Below, in pieces: positions 23,108 through 34,439 of a stretch of DNA of 64,000 bases (the first letter of the stretch is position 1; the number at the start of each line of letters is the position of its first letter). The stretch is from contig RDEW01000030.1 in the NCBI GenBank assembly GCA_011109175.1, positions 490,094 through 554,093 on the forward strand. The letters are read 5' to 3'. The notes beneath the pieces were generated by a model that ran no database searches, was not told where the DNA came from, and saw nothing but the letters and a program-made list of their open reading frames with translations. The position numbers were made by a program, and so were the translations under genes. The DNA comes from Dicyema japonicum (lineage: Eukaryota > Animalia > Dicyemida).

Positions 23108-23689
23108 TATTTTCGTTATTTAAATTATTTCTTTAATTTTGGTGAACTTGGGACAGCAGTTTTTAATTTAATCATAAAAATATAAAATCAATTGTAACCG
23201 CAAAAATAATTAGATATGATTTCCTAATTTGCTTCGATTTAGAAACTTTTAGTTTTGAGCTGCCTGTTTATTAGTAGTTTCTGTTTTGACCCAATCGGAA
23301 GAATGGGTACGGGGTTATCAACAAAACCAGGAATGCGATCATCCCCACCAACATTTATTTAAACTCTTAGTTTTTCTGGATTTCTCTGCTTCTTCGAAAA
23401 TTTGGTTGGCATTAATGTTCGCGGCGTGACTCAGAGCTCCGCGAACGAAAATGGTTTGGCTATTGCCATCGGCTCACCAATTCCCACTGTCCCTCTGCAG
23501 CTGGAGCTTCATTTGTACTAATGTCTATGTTTGAATAAATTTGATTGTTGATAAATTGGATTCCAGCATGTTCAACGAGCTAAGTGTGCTTAGTTTATAA
23601 TTAGTTGAAGCCAAAAATTTGTTATCTTTTTGATAAACTTTTATGTTTGATATAATGAAGGAATTCCAAGATTACCGTTACACCAGACC

Positions 23690-24110
23690 TAAGTGATTAG
23701 ACGCGACCCAATATTGTCCTCAGCTTGGTACGGTGATTCTTCGAGTCCACACAAGCCCGATCCCGATAGAAGGGGTACCCAAGTCTGTTCATCTGAATTA
23801 AAAACTCCAGTTGTGTAGGTTCGAGCATTTGCTACAGAAAACAATAAACGTCGCACCAAGCATTAAATACCTCACGGAACAATAGCAAGACATCATCAAA
23901 ATGACCAACTATCCTGAACATCCTTTGAACCGGAGGTCGGATTATATCTGGAAGCTAGTCCAAGATACGAAAAGAAGCCTTTCCCTTTGTGGAGATTAAT
24001 CCAGGATTCATAGATCAGCCGCAGCATGGTATGGACACCAGCATCACTTAATATAGATGATAACTTTTACCCATTTTCTTGTGAATCTTCGATTAATAAA
24101 TTAATTTTAA
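23690..24110 (+). mobile_element. Decayed jockey/I-like LINE 3' fragment
   Basis: Post-RT similarity (QYCPQLGT, YPEHPL, KPFPLW) to other copies; many stops. Confidence 0.4.
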
Positions 24111-25804
24111 TTATTTTTTAACTGAAGTGTTACCCACCTGACCAAGCTATTATTTTTAGAGGAGACTTTCTCAAGACTTGGATTTCCATCGTCTTTGAGG
24201 AATTTACGAGAGCGTCCGGTAAATTCGACCTTTAATTGAGGCTGAAATAACTAACTAATAATTCTCTTTTTGCTCCCCAAAGCGGGTGGTTTTATAACAA
24301 TTTTCCTCAAGTTAGGGGAAAAGGTGTTAAAACCCAGATTGGTGCAGTCTATGCTTCCGTATTGACGAAGGTTCACCTATCCGACACTCTCTGAGTCCAT
24401 TAAGAAAAAAACAAGGGGTTCCATCCACCTTGGACGGATGAAATGGACCAGGGATACATCACCTGCTTAACCTTCTGGTCAGTTAACCACGTGGTATGAT
24501 TCGATAAAGATGAGAGAATATGTAATTAATGTTAATTTTGATTTTTAGTGTAGTTTCCTTCGCATTTAACTAAAATGTTTCACTGACTGTGAACCATGTG
24601 TCTATTTAAATAGTTCTGAGTTTAATAATAGATGTTAATACATTTCAGTCACATAATAGTAAATTTATGACATGTGGTCATTCCTCAAAACCACAAATCA
24701 TTGGTGTTAATATAACCATTTTTTTAATTGATAATAAAACTTCCATTCTTATGCAAACTAATGATTTATATTAGCATTGGATTAGGTTCGCCTTCAAGAA
24801 AATCTTTGTCGAGACGTCTAGCGTGCTTGGACCCAGCATAGCAAGGTTTAGCAGACTCATCGGTTGCTTGTATGACTCAAGAAGGAAGAGCCTAGAATGA
24901 CACGATGGTTCTTGCAGAACACTGGGCTCGCGATCATGAGGGGTAACTCCAATTGCGTTTTCAATACTTGCAAACCATAATGGGCCCTTTTCCTGTAAAT
25001 TGACTTTTAACAAATTAATTATTGATAAAATAAAGTATGACCTAAAAATTATATTAGTAAACAAAAAACTTACAAAAACACTCTATAAATTACACGTAGC
25101 CTTTTGTCTGAACATAACGTCTGATAATATCGGATCTGAAGATGAATTTTTCAATTTTCGTCGAACAGATCTTACCGATGAGTCCTTTCTGGCACGAAAC
25201 GGTTGTTGAAAGGGAACTTTCTACCTTCTTCCTGACCAAATCCACTGGTGAAGATTACCATTATGAAAACTCTTCCGCCTAAGAATGAAAATGATATTCT
25301 GGTAGGTAGTATGTGTGATGAAAATAGAAGGGGCGAACCTTCTCTTCTTCTCTGCAGAAGCAGAATCCTGTAATTGACTATTGGAAGATGAATTTTGGTA
25401 GGCAAAAACAGATGTTTTCCCTTGGGTTTCTTCTTTCGATTAATTAGCTGTGACTGTTCGTGGTGGGCTTAATCACTCTTAAAAAATTCTTTTCGTGGAG
25501 ATCTTTCGTTTTGAATGTGACTCGTTCTGACTGGCCAAACTCTGTCGAACGGAGGAAACTGAAGAAATACTCGCCACTTGGAGATCGTTTCCGCTTTGTC
25601 CATATCGTCTTCGAAACTTTTGGAAATTTTTGGAGAATGGATAAAAGATTCATAAACAAAATCGGAAATGCGATCTTGACACGACTCAAACTCTCGGAAA
25701 AGAAAATGATTTTTATAGAGCATGATTTGTTACTGATGTCTTTTCTGTTTATTTACTCCCAATCCCTTCAAATGAAAGAAACCGGTGTTTAACAAGTAAA
25801 TTAA

Positions 25805-26099
25805 ATTATTCCAAAGACCAAGGGTTGAACCAAACTAACTAATTCTTTGATCTCGACGCGTTCCAGCAGAACTTTCACCCAAGAACAGTGATCCAGAGGA
25901 CGTTGTCCGGGAAGCTGATGTCAAATCCAGAACTCGTCCTCAGGGAACGAAATTGTCTCCCGGTAATAGTTGGATCCTTTTGAATGCCGCTTAGGAATTA
26001 GGCGTCTCTTGAGTATGGTGGATCCAATGACGCCATCATAGGGAAGGAAGAGAAATTTTCAACAAATTAGCCACATAGCACCGAATGGCGCCACGCGGC
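25805..26099 (-). repeat. SINE-like family A copy (longest)
   Basis: Same two boundaries and GGATCCAATGACGCCATC core as 17.4, 45.9 and 51.8 kb. Confidence 0.82.
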
Positions 26100-26759
26100 T
26101 ATAAAATTATAAGAAAGCAACCATTAAAAGAAAACGTTCCCAGAGATCTGTCAAGTGTATTTGGTATGACGCAGAACTCAATGACGGACAGAGAGAGGAG
26201 GCCCATCAAAAACGTTGCATCTCCTTCCCTCGCACGAAAGAGCATCAAATGGTACTATCCTTTCAGAGGAGTCAATCAAAAAAACAAGGGTTTCTTGAGT
26301 TTCTGCAAAAAGCCAGGAAACCCATTTAGAGAAAGGTTACCATAGACCGGATTTCCTACGATGATATCACCGATTGTGTCTAGACAATCTCCAAGTTTTG
26401 ACAACAAAAATCGAATTCCATCGATTCTCTCATACTGGTCAGCACATATCTCCTTCATACAAGCTCTCGTTATCCGCTGCCCCAAGAATTCCGTCCCTGA
26501 GAATGATACTGAATGCGAAATACCCCAAAAAATCTTCCAGTTATACAACAAACTACCTGCTGTTTATGGACGACTAAAAATATTATTTCGAAAAGAAAAC
26601 ACACGAAATGTCAAAAAATCTGCTACTAATGTGCTCGGCCTATGATCTGAAGCTATTTGCTTGAATATATATACTTTGGTGTGTTAGAAGATAGAAAAAA
26701 ACAACGTTTTGAAAAACGAAGTGTTGGAGTTAATATTTGATGTGGTTAAAAAAGGATCG

Positions 26760-27670
26760 ACAGTTTGGCAAATACAAGATTGAATTCGGGTAACATGAGC
26801 TAATCCACCAAAACATACGAAAAATTCTTGTACAGAATCGTATTCATTTGAAACCTGGAAACAAAGATCTGCCAAGAGATAAGCTTGGAAGAGGATTGGT
26901 ATCCATTACCTATAAAAGTGAACGGGTGCTTTCAAACTTCTTTTGAGACCTGGAGAAGAAGTCGAAGTATTGTTTGAGGAAAGCAGGGATTCTACGGCTC
27001 ATAAATCAAAGAAAACATTTTTACCACAATCATAGAATTCATCAATCGAAGGTATAAAGAATCCCCTGCTATATCTGGACTTGTTAAAGAGCTTCAGGAG
27101 AAATTTTTAACTGTGCAAATACGGAGGAAGCTGAGGTTCAATATAGAATTAAGAAAAGAGATTCATGACACATTCTGTGCAGTTTATTTTTACGAAAGAG
27201 TCTGTAGAGATTCGAGTCGATACAACAGTAGCCACGGATACGAAGGTGCAGAATAACAAACCGGACATTTTTGTGTTTGGTAAAAGCAGCAACAACATCA
27301 CGTGGACCGAAGTAGGAATCACCCCCAACAGGCGTTAAAAATAAGTCAAATTAGAAAAACTACATAAATAAGATCTGCTGAGTACCGAATTGGCATGGGA
27401 TGGCATTGTAAGCAAGTTCTACAAACAACATCAAAACACACTCAAAATGGATGACACTACGGCATATATACAGACTGTCGTGATCAGAAAGACTCTTGAG
27501 AGAATGTGGGTAGAGCATAAATATGGGTTGACCACATTGAAAAGTTTGCGGGAGACTGATATCGAACTTGGAATGATCGACAAAGGACGTTTTTCTGAAA
27601 GATGCTGTTTGTCTGAAAGTCTGAATGAATTGAGGAAAGGGAAACTCAACCCATGACTGCACAAACTATT
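26760..27670 (+). mobile_element. R4/R2-like (RLE-type) non-LTR retrotransposon relic
   Basis: LPRDKLGRGL and EIRVDTTVATDTKVQNNKPDIFV match the element at 52.4-53.9 kb; fragmented. Confidence 0.75.
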
Positions 27671-28234
27671 TAATACGAAGAGCCTGAAATTGTAAGTGGG
27701 TCAGGCTCAAAAAGGGGACGAATAATTGAGACAGACTACATCAATTCATATAGTTAATTTTTGTCTAGTATTCCTTATTTTATGAATGGGTTTCAACATT
27801 GGCGGATATGAATGGGCAAAATGTTTGGAAAGATGCGTCTTACTCCGACCCTGGAGAACTAGATATACTTCAAGCACTTCAACACCTAAACAAGTATTTC
27901 GCCAATTTATATGGAAGCAGAAACATGAATTCAACACAATACTAGAAGGAATACGGAATTTCCGGGCCCCAACAATACGCTAAATACTTTTTGAAGAAGG
28001 CACAAGGCAGAGCGAAAACCTTCGACTGGGAAAAAAATGATAATGAATCAATAAAAAACTTCGAAGACAACAGGAACACCAAACCAACCATTTACGTCAA
28101 CCCGACTACCTCTAACAGAGAACATCTTAGTTCGATGCGCCTCCTCAAGCCCACAAAAGCCTATATAAACGGATCCTTACAGTCGAAATGGCTGCCCCTT
28201 TGGTTCTCAATTTTGTAGAATTATTATTATTAAA

Positions 28235-28620
28235 AAGCACTCCCGAGAAAACATAAAATTAGTTAAGTTTCCTTTGTGTCGTATTCCGAATCATCCTCTC
28301 CTTCAGCCTCACCATGATCTTGTTGCTCTCTAGTTCTCTAGGTCGTCCAAGTCGTCCGCCGAAGTTAGTCTCATACCAACCGCCGATAGGTCTTCATTAG
28401 TCGGAAGTGTCGTTTTTTGCCTTCCACAGAATCCGGCTCATGTGTGTGCAAAGTAGTTGTCCATTGCAACATTTGCCGGGACCTGGTCATTTAGACGTAA
28501 CACGTGACCAAAGAGGCTCCATCTTGATTTAAAAATATCATCTGACAGCACGCCGAATTTGCATATATATATAAAGGTTTGCATTAGAGATCTTCATAGG
28601 CCAGTTGATCTTTTGTAGAA
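28235..28620 (-). mobile_element. RTE LINE 3' fragment
   Basis: SDDIFKSRWSLFGHVLRLNDQVPANVAMDNY...GRQKTTLP with (TAA)n tail at about 28220-28232. Confidence 0.8.
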
Positions 28621-28748
28621 TAAATTGAGTTGATATACTTTATTTCAATTAAAAAAATCATTTAATTTTAATAAATATTTTATTAATCTTTGGGCGCTTG
28701 TGCACTTGTTCATGTATTTTCTTTAATCACTGTGGGGCAATCGGTTTC

Positions 28749-30388
28749 ATGAAAAATCTTTTTAATAATCTAAACTCAGCTGTGAAATATATTTCGGAAA
28801 TGTCTTCAAAACGACTTAATCCCCAACCTCTTTCATCCATTAATAAAATAATTCCTACCACCAAGGAGTTTCCACCGGAGAAGTCTTCCTTGGAAGTTGT
28901 TGTTATATCTTCCGACGATGAATCCCCAAATATCGAGGAATCCCAGTTAAAGTTCTTAAAAATGGACTATTCAGAGGTCAGAATTGGCTCATTCCGCGAC
29001 AAAACTTTGGGAGTGCTTACAATTAACAATGAAGTTCTAAAATTCAATCTAAACTGTACTGATTATTATGACTTCAGGCTTAACTGGCTTTATAAAGATT
29101 ACCTTGTCAATTAACGATGTTGTGGAATTCACGTGCTCAGAGCAAAATTTATCCATCTTTCTCAAAGTTACTTCAACTTTCATAGACAAGGTGGAAAAGG
29201 TGATTACTGCTAACAGCGGGGACACTCCCGTTAAATTAACCGGTACTCCGCTAACCTTACTTAGATGGATCAAGTGACCATTTTCTGATATTTATGTGGG
29301 CTAGACAGCTTACATCAGTTCAGCATCGTTGGATTCACAATATGAAACTGAACAAGACATCCGTTTATGAACTTCCCCCTACTCAGGCGAGAGTACTTTT
29401 GGGTCGTTTGAGGTTTTACGAGTATATAGATGAGAATGTTGTCGGGCTGGTTTGGTTTGCCCTTATTTTAGGTGGTCGAGTCCAATCCTCCTCCAAAAAT
29501 TACGAATGACAAGTTTGTTTACCCAAACACGTCTCTCCCCGGGTCAATCACAGTCAGCCTCTCCGATCTGACCTGTCTCGAGCATGACGAATTCCTCAAT
29601 GATGTTGTTATAAATTTTTATTTAAAGTTTGTTTGTGTTAATTTAGATATTTGATCAATGAAAAGATCCCTCAGTCAACCAAAAGTCGAGTCCATATATT
29701 TAATACATTCTTCTTTGAGTCCCTCAATCAACGTTTGTTTGTGAATATATTCTAGATCCCCGCTCAACAGATTGGGAGGATATTCTGGCCAGACATGCCA
29801 AAGTGAAGTCGTGGACTAAGGATGTCGATATTTTCACTAAATCAATTTTGTTTGTCCCCATAAATTTAAAGTATATGCCATTTTGACTGCAGCTATCACT
29901 GGTTATTGGCTATGATTTGGCATCCTTCAATGATTATCTCTCCTTCCTCAGAGACCAATTCCTTCTCTAGATAGTATTTTCTGGTAAAACCCAGTCCTTG
30001 CATTATCGTGATTGACTCGCTCGTCATTACCAAATATCCTCTGATTACCAAAATCCTAAGAGAGTTTGTCTTGGTTTAACATAGATATCTGGAAGTGGAG
30101 TTGAGTGTCAGACGAGGATATGATCCCCCTCTTCCTATCGATCGTACCAATATGAAGGGATTTCACCCAAAGATTCCACAACAGATCAACTTCAGTGACT
30201 GTGGCCTTCATATGCTGGATTATATTGAGCGAATTTTGCTAGTTTGCCTGTTTATTTCACTAAAGAGTCGTTTCGTGAACTGTACTGCTCCATCTGCTGA
30301 GTTTTTTGAGTTTCTTCGCGAGGAATCCCCCAGTATGGCCAATAAGAGGGAAGAAATTGCATCAATTTGCTACAATTTCATGAAATGA
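28749..30388 (+). CDS. SENP7: SENP6/7 (ULP2-like) SUMO-chain-editing protease
   Basis: SIM-like VVVISSDDE; catalytic domain FLNDVVINFYLK, IFNTFF, KVKSWTKDVDIF, HW, IDSL and PQQINFSDCG; short GT-AG introns. SENP6 versus SENP7 cannot be distinguished. Confidence 0.85.
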
Positions 30389-30427
30389 CAAATTTTTATG
30401 TTTAAAGCTGTTATTAGTATATCGGTG

Positions 30428-32185
30428 TTATTGAGTCAAAACTGCATTAAGTGAGGGAATAGTCTGCTTTAGCTTGTCGATCACTTTAACAGAGAGTGCG
30501 CAGTTTTCCATTAAATTAACGATAGAGGTTAATGTTATTTGATTCCTTTCTGCAAATGATATATATAACTTTCCACTGAATGACATTAGACTGCATGAAA
30601 TGTGCTCCAACATATTTAAGTTGATCTATAGTTTATCGTAAAAAAACCTGAACTACTCCATTGCTGAGAATTCCTACAAATGCATCGCTTGAGAGGTTCC
30701 AGCTTAGGATATAAGGGAATTGAGCGTTGGAATACTCAGTTTTGCGATTATCATAATTATTGTACTAAAATTACATATAATCTAATACATCCGAAAAAAA
30801 TCTGGAAAAGAAAATTAAATTGTCGTTGTTACTACGAAGGGACGGGGGTGGATCATTTATCGAGTAAGAGGTGATTTCTTTAGAAGACATGTCATAACAC
30901 ATGACACTACCATTAATCATCATTTTACTCCTTGTCCGATAAAAGTCGGAACTGATAGTTTGAATTGGTGAAAGTAACACTTCCGTCTGAAAGAAGACAT
31001 CCAAAGCCGCATCTATCAATTTCATCAACCCAGCGAACGATATAAGTGAAATTGATGTTGTCCACACTTTCCTTACATTCGCAGGATATTCGTGTATAAC
31101 CAACTACATTTTTCATTTAAAGTACCTGTCCCATTTACATTTTTAATAAAATTTAAAAATTCTGATAAAATTGAGGAGTCAGCATCCTTGCTAATAAAAC
31201 CTACTTTATTTGTTGAACTGCTCTCCGGGAGTGGTATTTGGCTACATAACAGATAAATTTACAATGAATAATTTGATTCAAGCAGAACTTTTAATTTAAT
31301 TATAAGCTGACATGCGACTATTCTGTCGTGGAGTTTTGGCTCCAAAAGAAGTCGAATGATTGATTTTATTGAGTTGTTGATGAAATTGGGAAGTATGCAT
31401 TTTTTGTTTACAATCATATAAAATAGTTTTTCTTTGTTTTCATCTTCGAATGGCAAGTGGCCTATTTTTAACATGTATCTAATTTGTCAGCTTATTCACT
31501 ACAAAATGCAACCCAGGGACCACATGTCAGCCGGAAATGATACTTTCTTGAAAATTACGACTTCTGGTGCCCAGTATTCGAAATTATCGGATAGAACATC
31601 TACTTGCTTAGGAAATGTTTTACCGTGGGAAGCTCCAATTACTGAATAGTCAAAATTACATAATTTTGGATTGTTGTTAATCATCAAAATGTTTGAAAGT
31701 TTTATGTTTCCGTGAATTACTGATCGATTGTTAAGATGATCAACTCCCTTTGTAATTCCAAGCAAAATGTACAAGGCCTCATCATCATCCAGTAATTTCC
31801 TCTCAAGAATAAGATTGAGTAGAGTCTAATAACATGTCAATCATACACAACTCCTTCATTACTGAATTCTACAAGAATGTAAACATTCACGCAGTCTTCG
31901 AAAAATCCATAATATTGAATGATATTCTCATGAGTACAAGTTTTTAAGATCTTGAGTTCATTGAAAGCCCTTGAAAAACGACTCTGTTGTGGTTAAAATT
32001 GATTACCCTATGATCCTTAGTTTTTGATTTTATTTTAGCCATTAAGACCTCTCCTGTTTCAATATTTGAGAGTTTAAGGTAGTTTGAAAACTCCCCCTAA
32101 CATTTATTTCAAAATATACCCTTCCCACGAGTCTTGAAACAAGATAACAGTCATTTGTTATTGGGTTTTGAACAGTTTTGGGCAT
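30428..32185 (-). CDS. PLK: Polo-like kinase homolog with degenerate catalytic motifs (predicted pseudokinase) and polo-box region
   Basis: Spliced N-lobe LVGRGEFSNYLKLSNIETGEVLMAKI, HGNIKLSN, CNFDYS, YWAPE, DMWSLG, GHLPFE, and polo box YIVRWVDEIDRCGFGCLLSDGSV; 23-26 nt introns; start and end approximate. Confidence 0.85.
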
Positions 32186-32699
32186 AGTTATGCCCCAATC
32201 GCATGTTTTGAATTTATATGTTAGGCGGTACGCTTATTGAAACTGAAAAAAATAAAAATTGGGAAAGCTAAATTCATTTACGTGGTCGCCTTATTTTGTC
32301 CCTCTTTACTTTATAATGTTTAATGACCAACAGATTCAAAGATATCGTCAATTCACACAGATTTGGTTCAATATCAAAATTAATGTACATGTACACATTG
32401 CTTCATTTTTTACATCATCTTATGGCGTGATGTCTAAGAAGAATGCCATAATAATGTTACTGGATGGTGTTATTCATGTTGTAATGATAGCTTGAGACAA
32501 TGAATTATCATAGAGGTCGGCATTACTCACTATAGTTTTTTAAGGTTCTAAAAAAGCGGGAGTAGACTTTTCTTTTAGATAAATTGGAGATAATGACCAA
32601 TGTGCGGTTCGAGAGATTCTATGACAAAGTTCCACAGGAGCACGTAGACAGTTAGAAGCGGATATTAATGTTCATGCTTACATGGAGGCAACACTCCTC

Positions 32700-33720
32700 T
32701 AAAAAACCATTCGAGGTGTCTCCCCTGACTCACAACGGATTAGTCCTCCAATGCGGGCTAATAGTAGAGTAGATCGAAATCCTCATCTTGTGAGCAGGAA
32801 TATACATCAAATTTATAACTCCCAAATTAATTTGAGACTCATTTATTAAAAACCGTAAAATCAACATGAAAGTATTGTGAAAATGGATATTACAACGATG
32901 AGGGCCATAAATATTAAACTGGAATGGGACTTTGGGCACTCGTACAGTTGGTCCAACATTGAAAGCATATGAGTGAGCTCACAGTGGGCGATCCAGTCAT
33001 TATTTTGGAAAACGCAACTAAAAGATAGTTATCTCCTCGTCGCTTGTGCAACACCGTGGACAATTTTCCATATTAGATTCCTCCACGCTCTCCTTGAGAA
33101 GGTGATTTTTCGGATCACCTGTAAAGTAGCCCCCTTTTTCGATACAACCGTAAAGTAGCCCCCTTCACGAAAAGGCTATGTCTAAACATCGACTCATCTA
33201 TCTGGACTACAATACCTTCACCACCCAACTTCATATTACAGCATCCAAAAAGTCCTGCTTTAATTCTAAGCATATAGTAAAATTTGATAATGGTTTTTTC
33301 TGAACAACTCGAAAAAGTTATGGTGTTTTAAATTATAATTGGAATACCAACACCAAATACGGCTTAATATCTTATCCAAAAATATGTTAAAATCCGAAAA
33401 ACAACAATCGTTTCTAGTTGATTGAGTTGTTTTGTATTTAGTACACATTGCATTTGTGCATTTCCAGACATACTTATTCACATGTTTCGCTGCCGTCACT
33501 TCTTTCATAGGCAACAGGCAATATATACAGTGCACGACACTCTTCAATAAACCATTTCTTCTGAAATATTCGATCAAATTCTCTATTGGAGCTGCAATCA
33601 GGTGTCTTAACTCATTAACGAAAACGGACATGACTAAAATTTTAAATGTAAGTAAAAATTATTATTCATTATTAAAACAAATTAAATTTATTAAATTTCA
33701 TCAACCGTAAAGTAGCCCCC
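32700..33720 (-). mobile_element. Merlin / ISXO2 (IS1595-like) DNA transposon relic
   Basis: N-terminal Zn ribbon (CIYC...WKC...C, ORF 33266-33631) then GGEGIVVQIDESMF, the first D of Merlin-type DDE; downstream decayed. Confidence 0.75.
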
Positions 33721-33759
33721 GGGGGGCTATTTTTTGAGAATTCCATATAAGCAAGATAA

Positions 33760-34369
33760 AATTTTTTGAGACAAGGTTTTATTAAAGATTCCGCTATAGT
33801 TTGAGCTTCTCCATTTTTTGCAATAAGGTAGCTTATCTAAGATAAATTAAAAATTATAATCAACTTCATAGGAACTTCAGTGGCTTTTAAATTTTCATCT
33901 TTTGTGAAGTTTTTCATCGAATCTTTCCGATTTACTAAAAGCAGCAAGCATTTGTTCAAAAAAAAGATGTATCTGTTTTTCAATTCTTTGTGCTGAACAA
34001 CGAGATGTCGATGGATCTTAGATAGTACTAATGTCTCTTGACAATTTTGTGGCAAATCATGCACTCTGCTCTCTTCGAATCGTCCTCAAAATGGCAAAAT
34101 CCATAAGCAAGATATTCTTTCTTATATTTTCTATTCTAGAAGTGGAATAATACATTTATAAACTTTAAAAGGCATACTATTGACCAACAAGAAAAAAAAT
34201 AACACGTGAAATTCGAGTAGGCGTTGAATATTATAACAAAATATTTAATTTAAATTAATTTTTTTTAATAGAATATCATAATTTTTTTAATATCATAATT
34301 TTTTTGAGGCACCCCAGATCCAAAATGAGGCACCCTAGGGTGCCTCCAGGCACACTTTGGGAACCACTG
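33760..34369 (-). mobile_element. hAT-Buster element, left end and transposase N-terminus
   Basis: TIR CAGTGGTTCCCAAAGTGTGCC ends at 34369; SKIHRHLVVQHKELKN and SYLIAKNGEAQTIAESLIKPC. Confidence 0.85.
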
Positions 34370-34439
34370 TGCTAGATTCAGCCTTTATTCTTTGTGAGTT
34401 GGTTAATGAATTGTTTCATTTCAAGATCCACATTTTATT

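Noticed and set aside
23230-23580. In-frame TGA (GNW*ADG) on the minus strand as a possible selenoprotein
   Set aside because: No CxxU-like context or recognisable selenoprotein family, and other stops or frameshifts are nearby; more likely a LINE ORF1-like relic.
24771-26640. Minus-strand ORFs (PLWFASIENA; FLGQRITRACMKEIC) as genes
   Set aside because: Fragmentary, interrupted by a SINE-like copy and not assignable; the first is only weakly gag-like.
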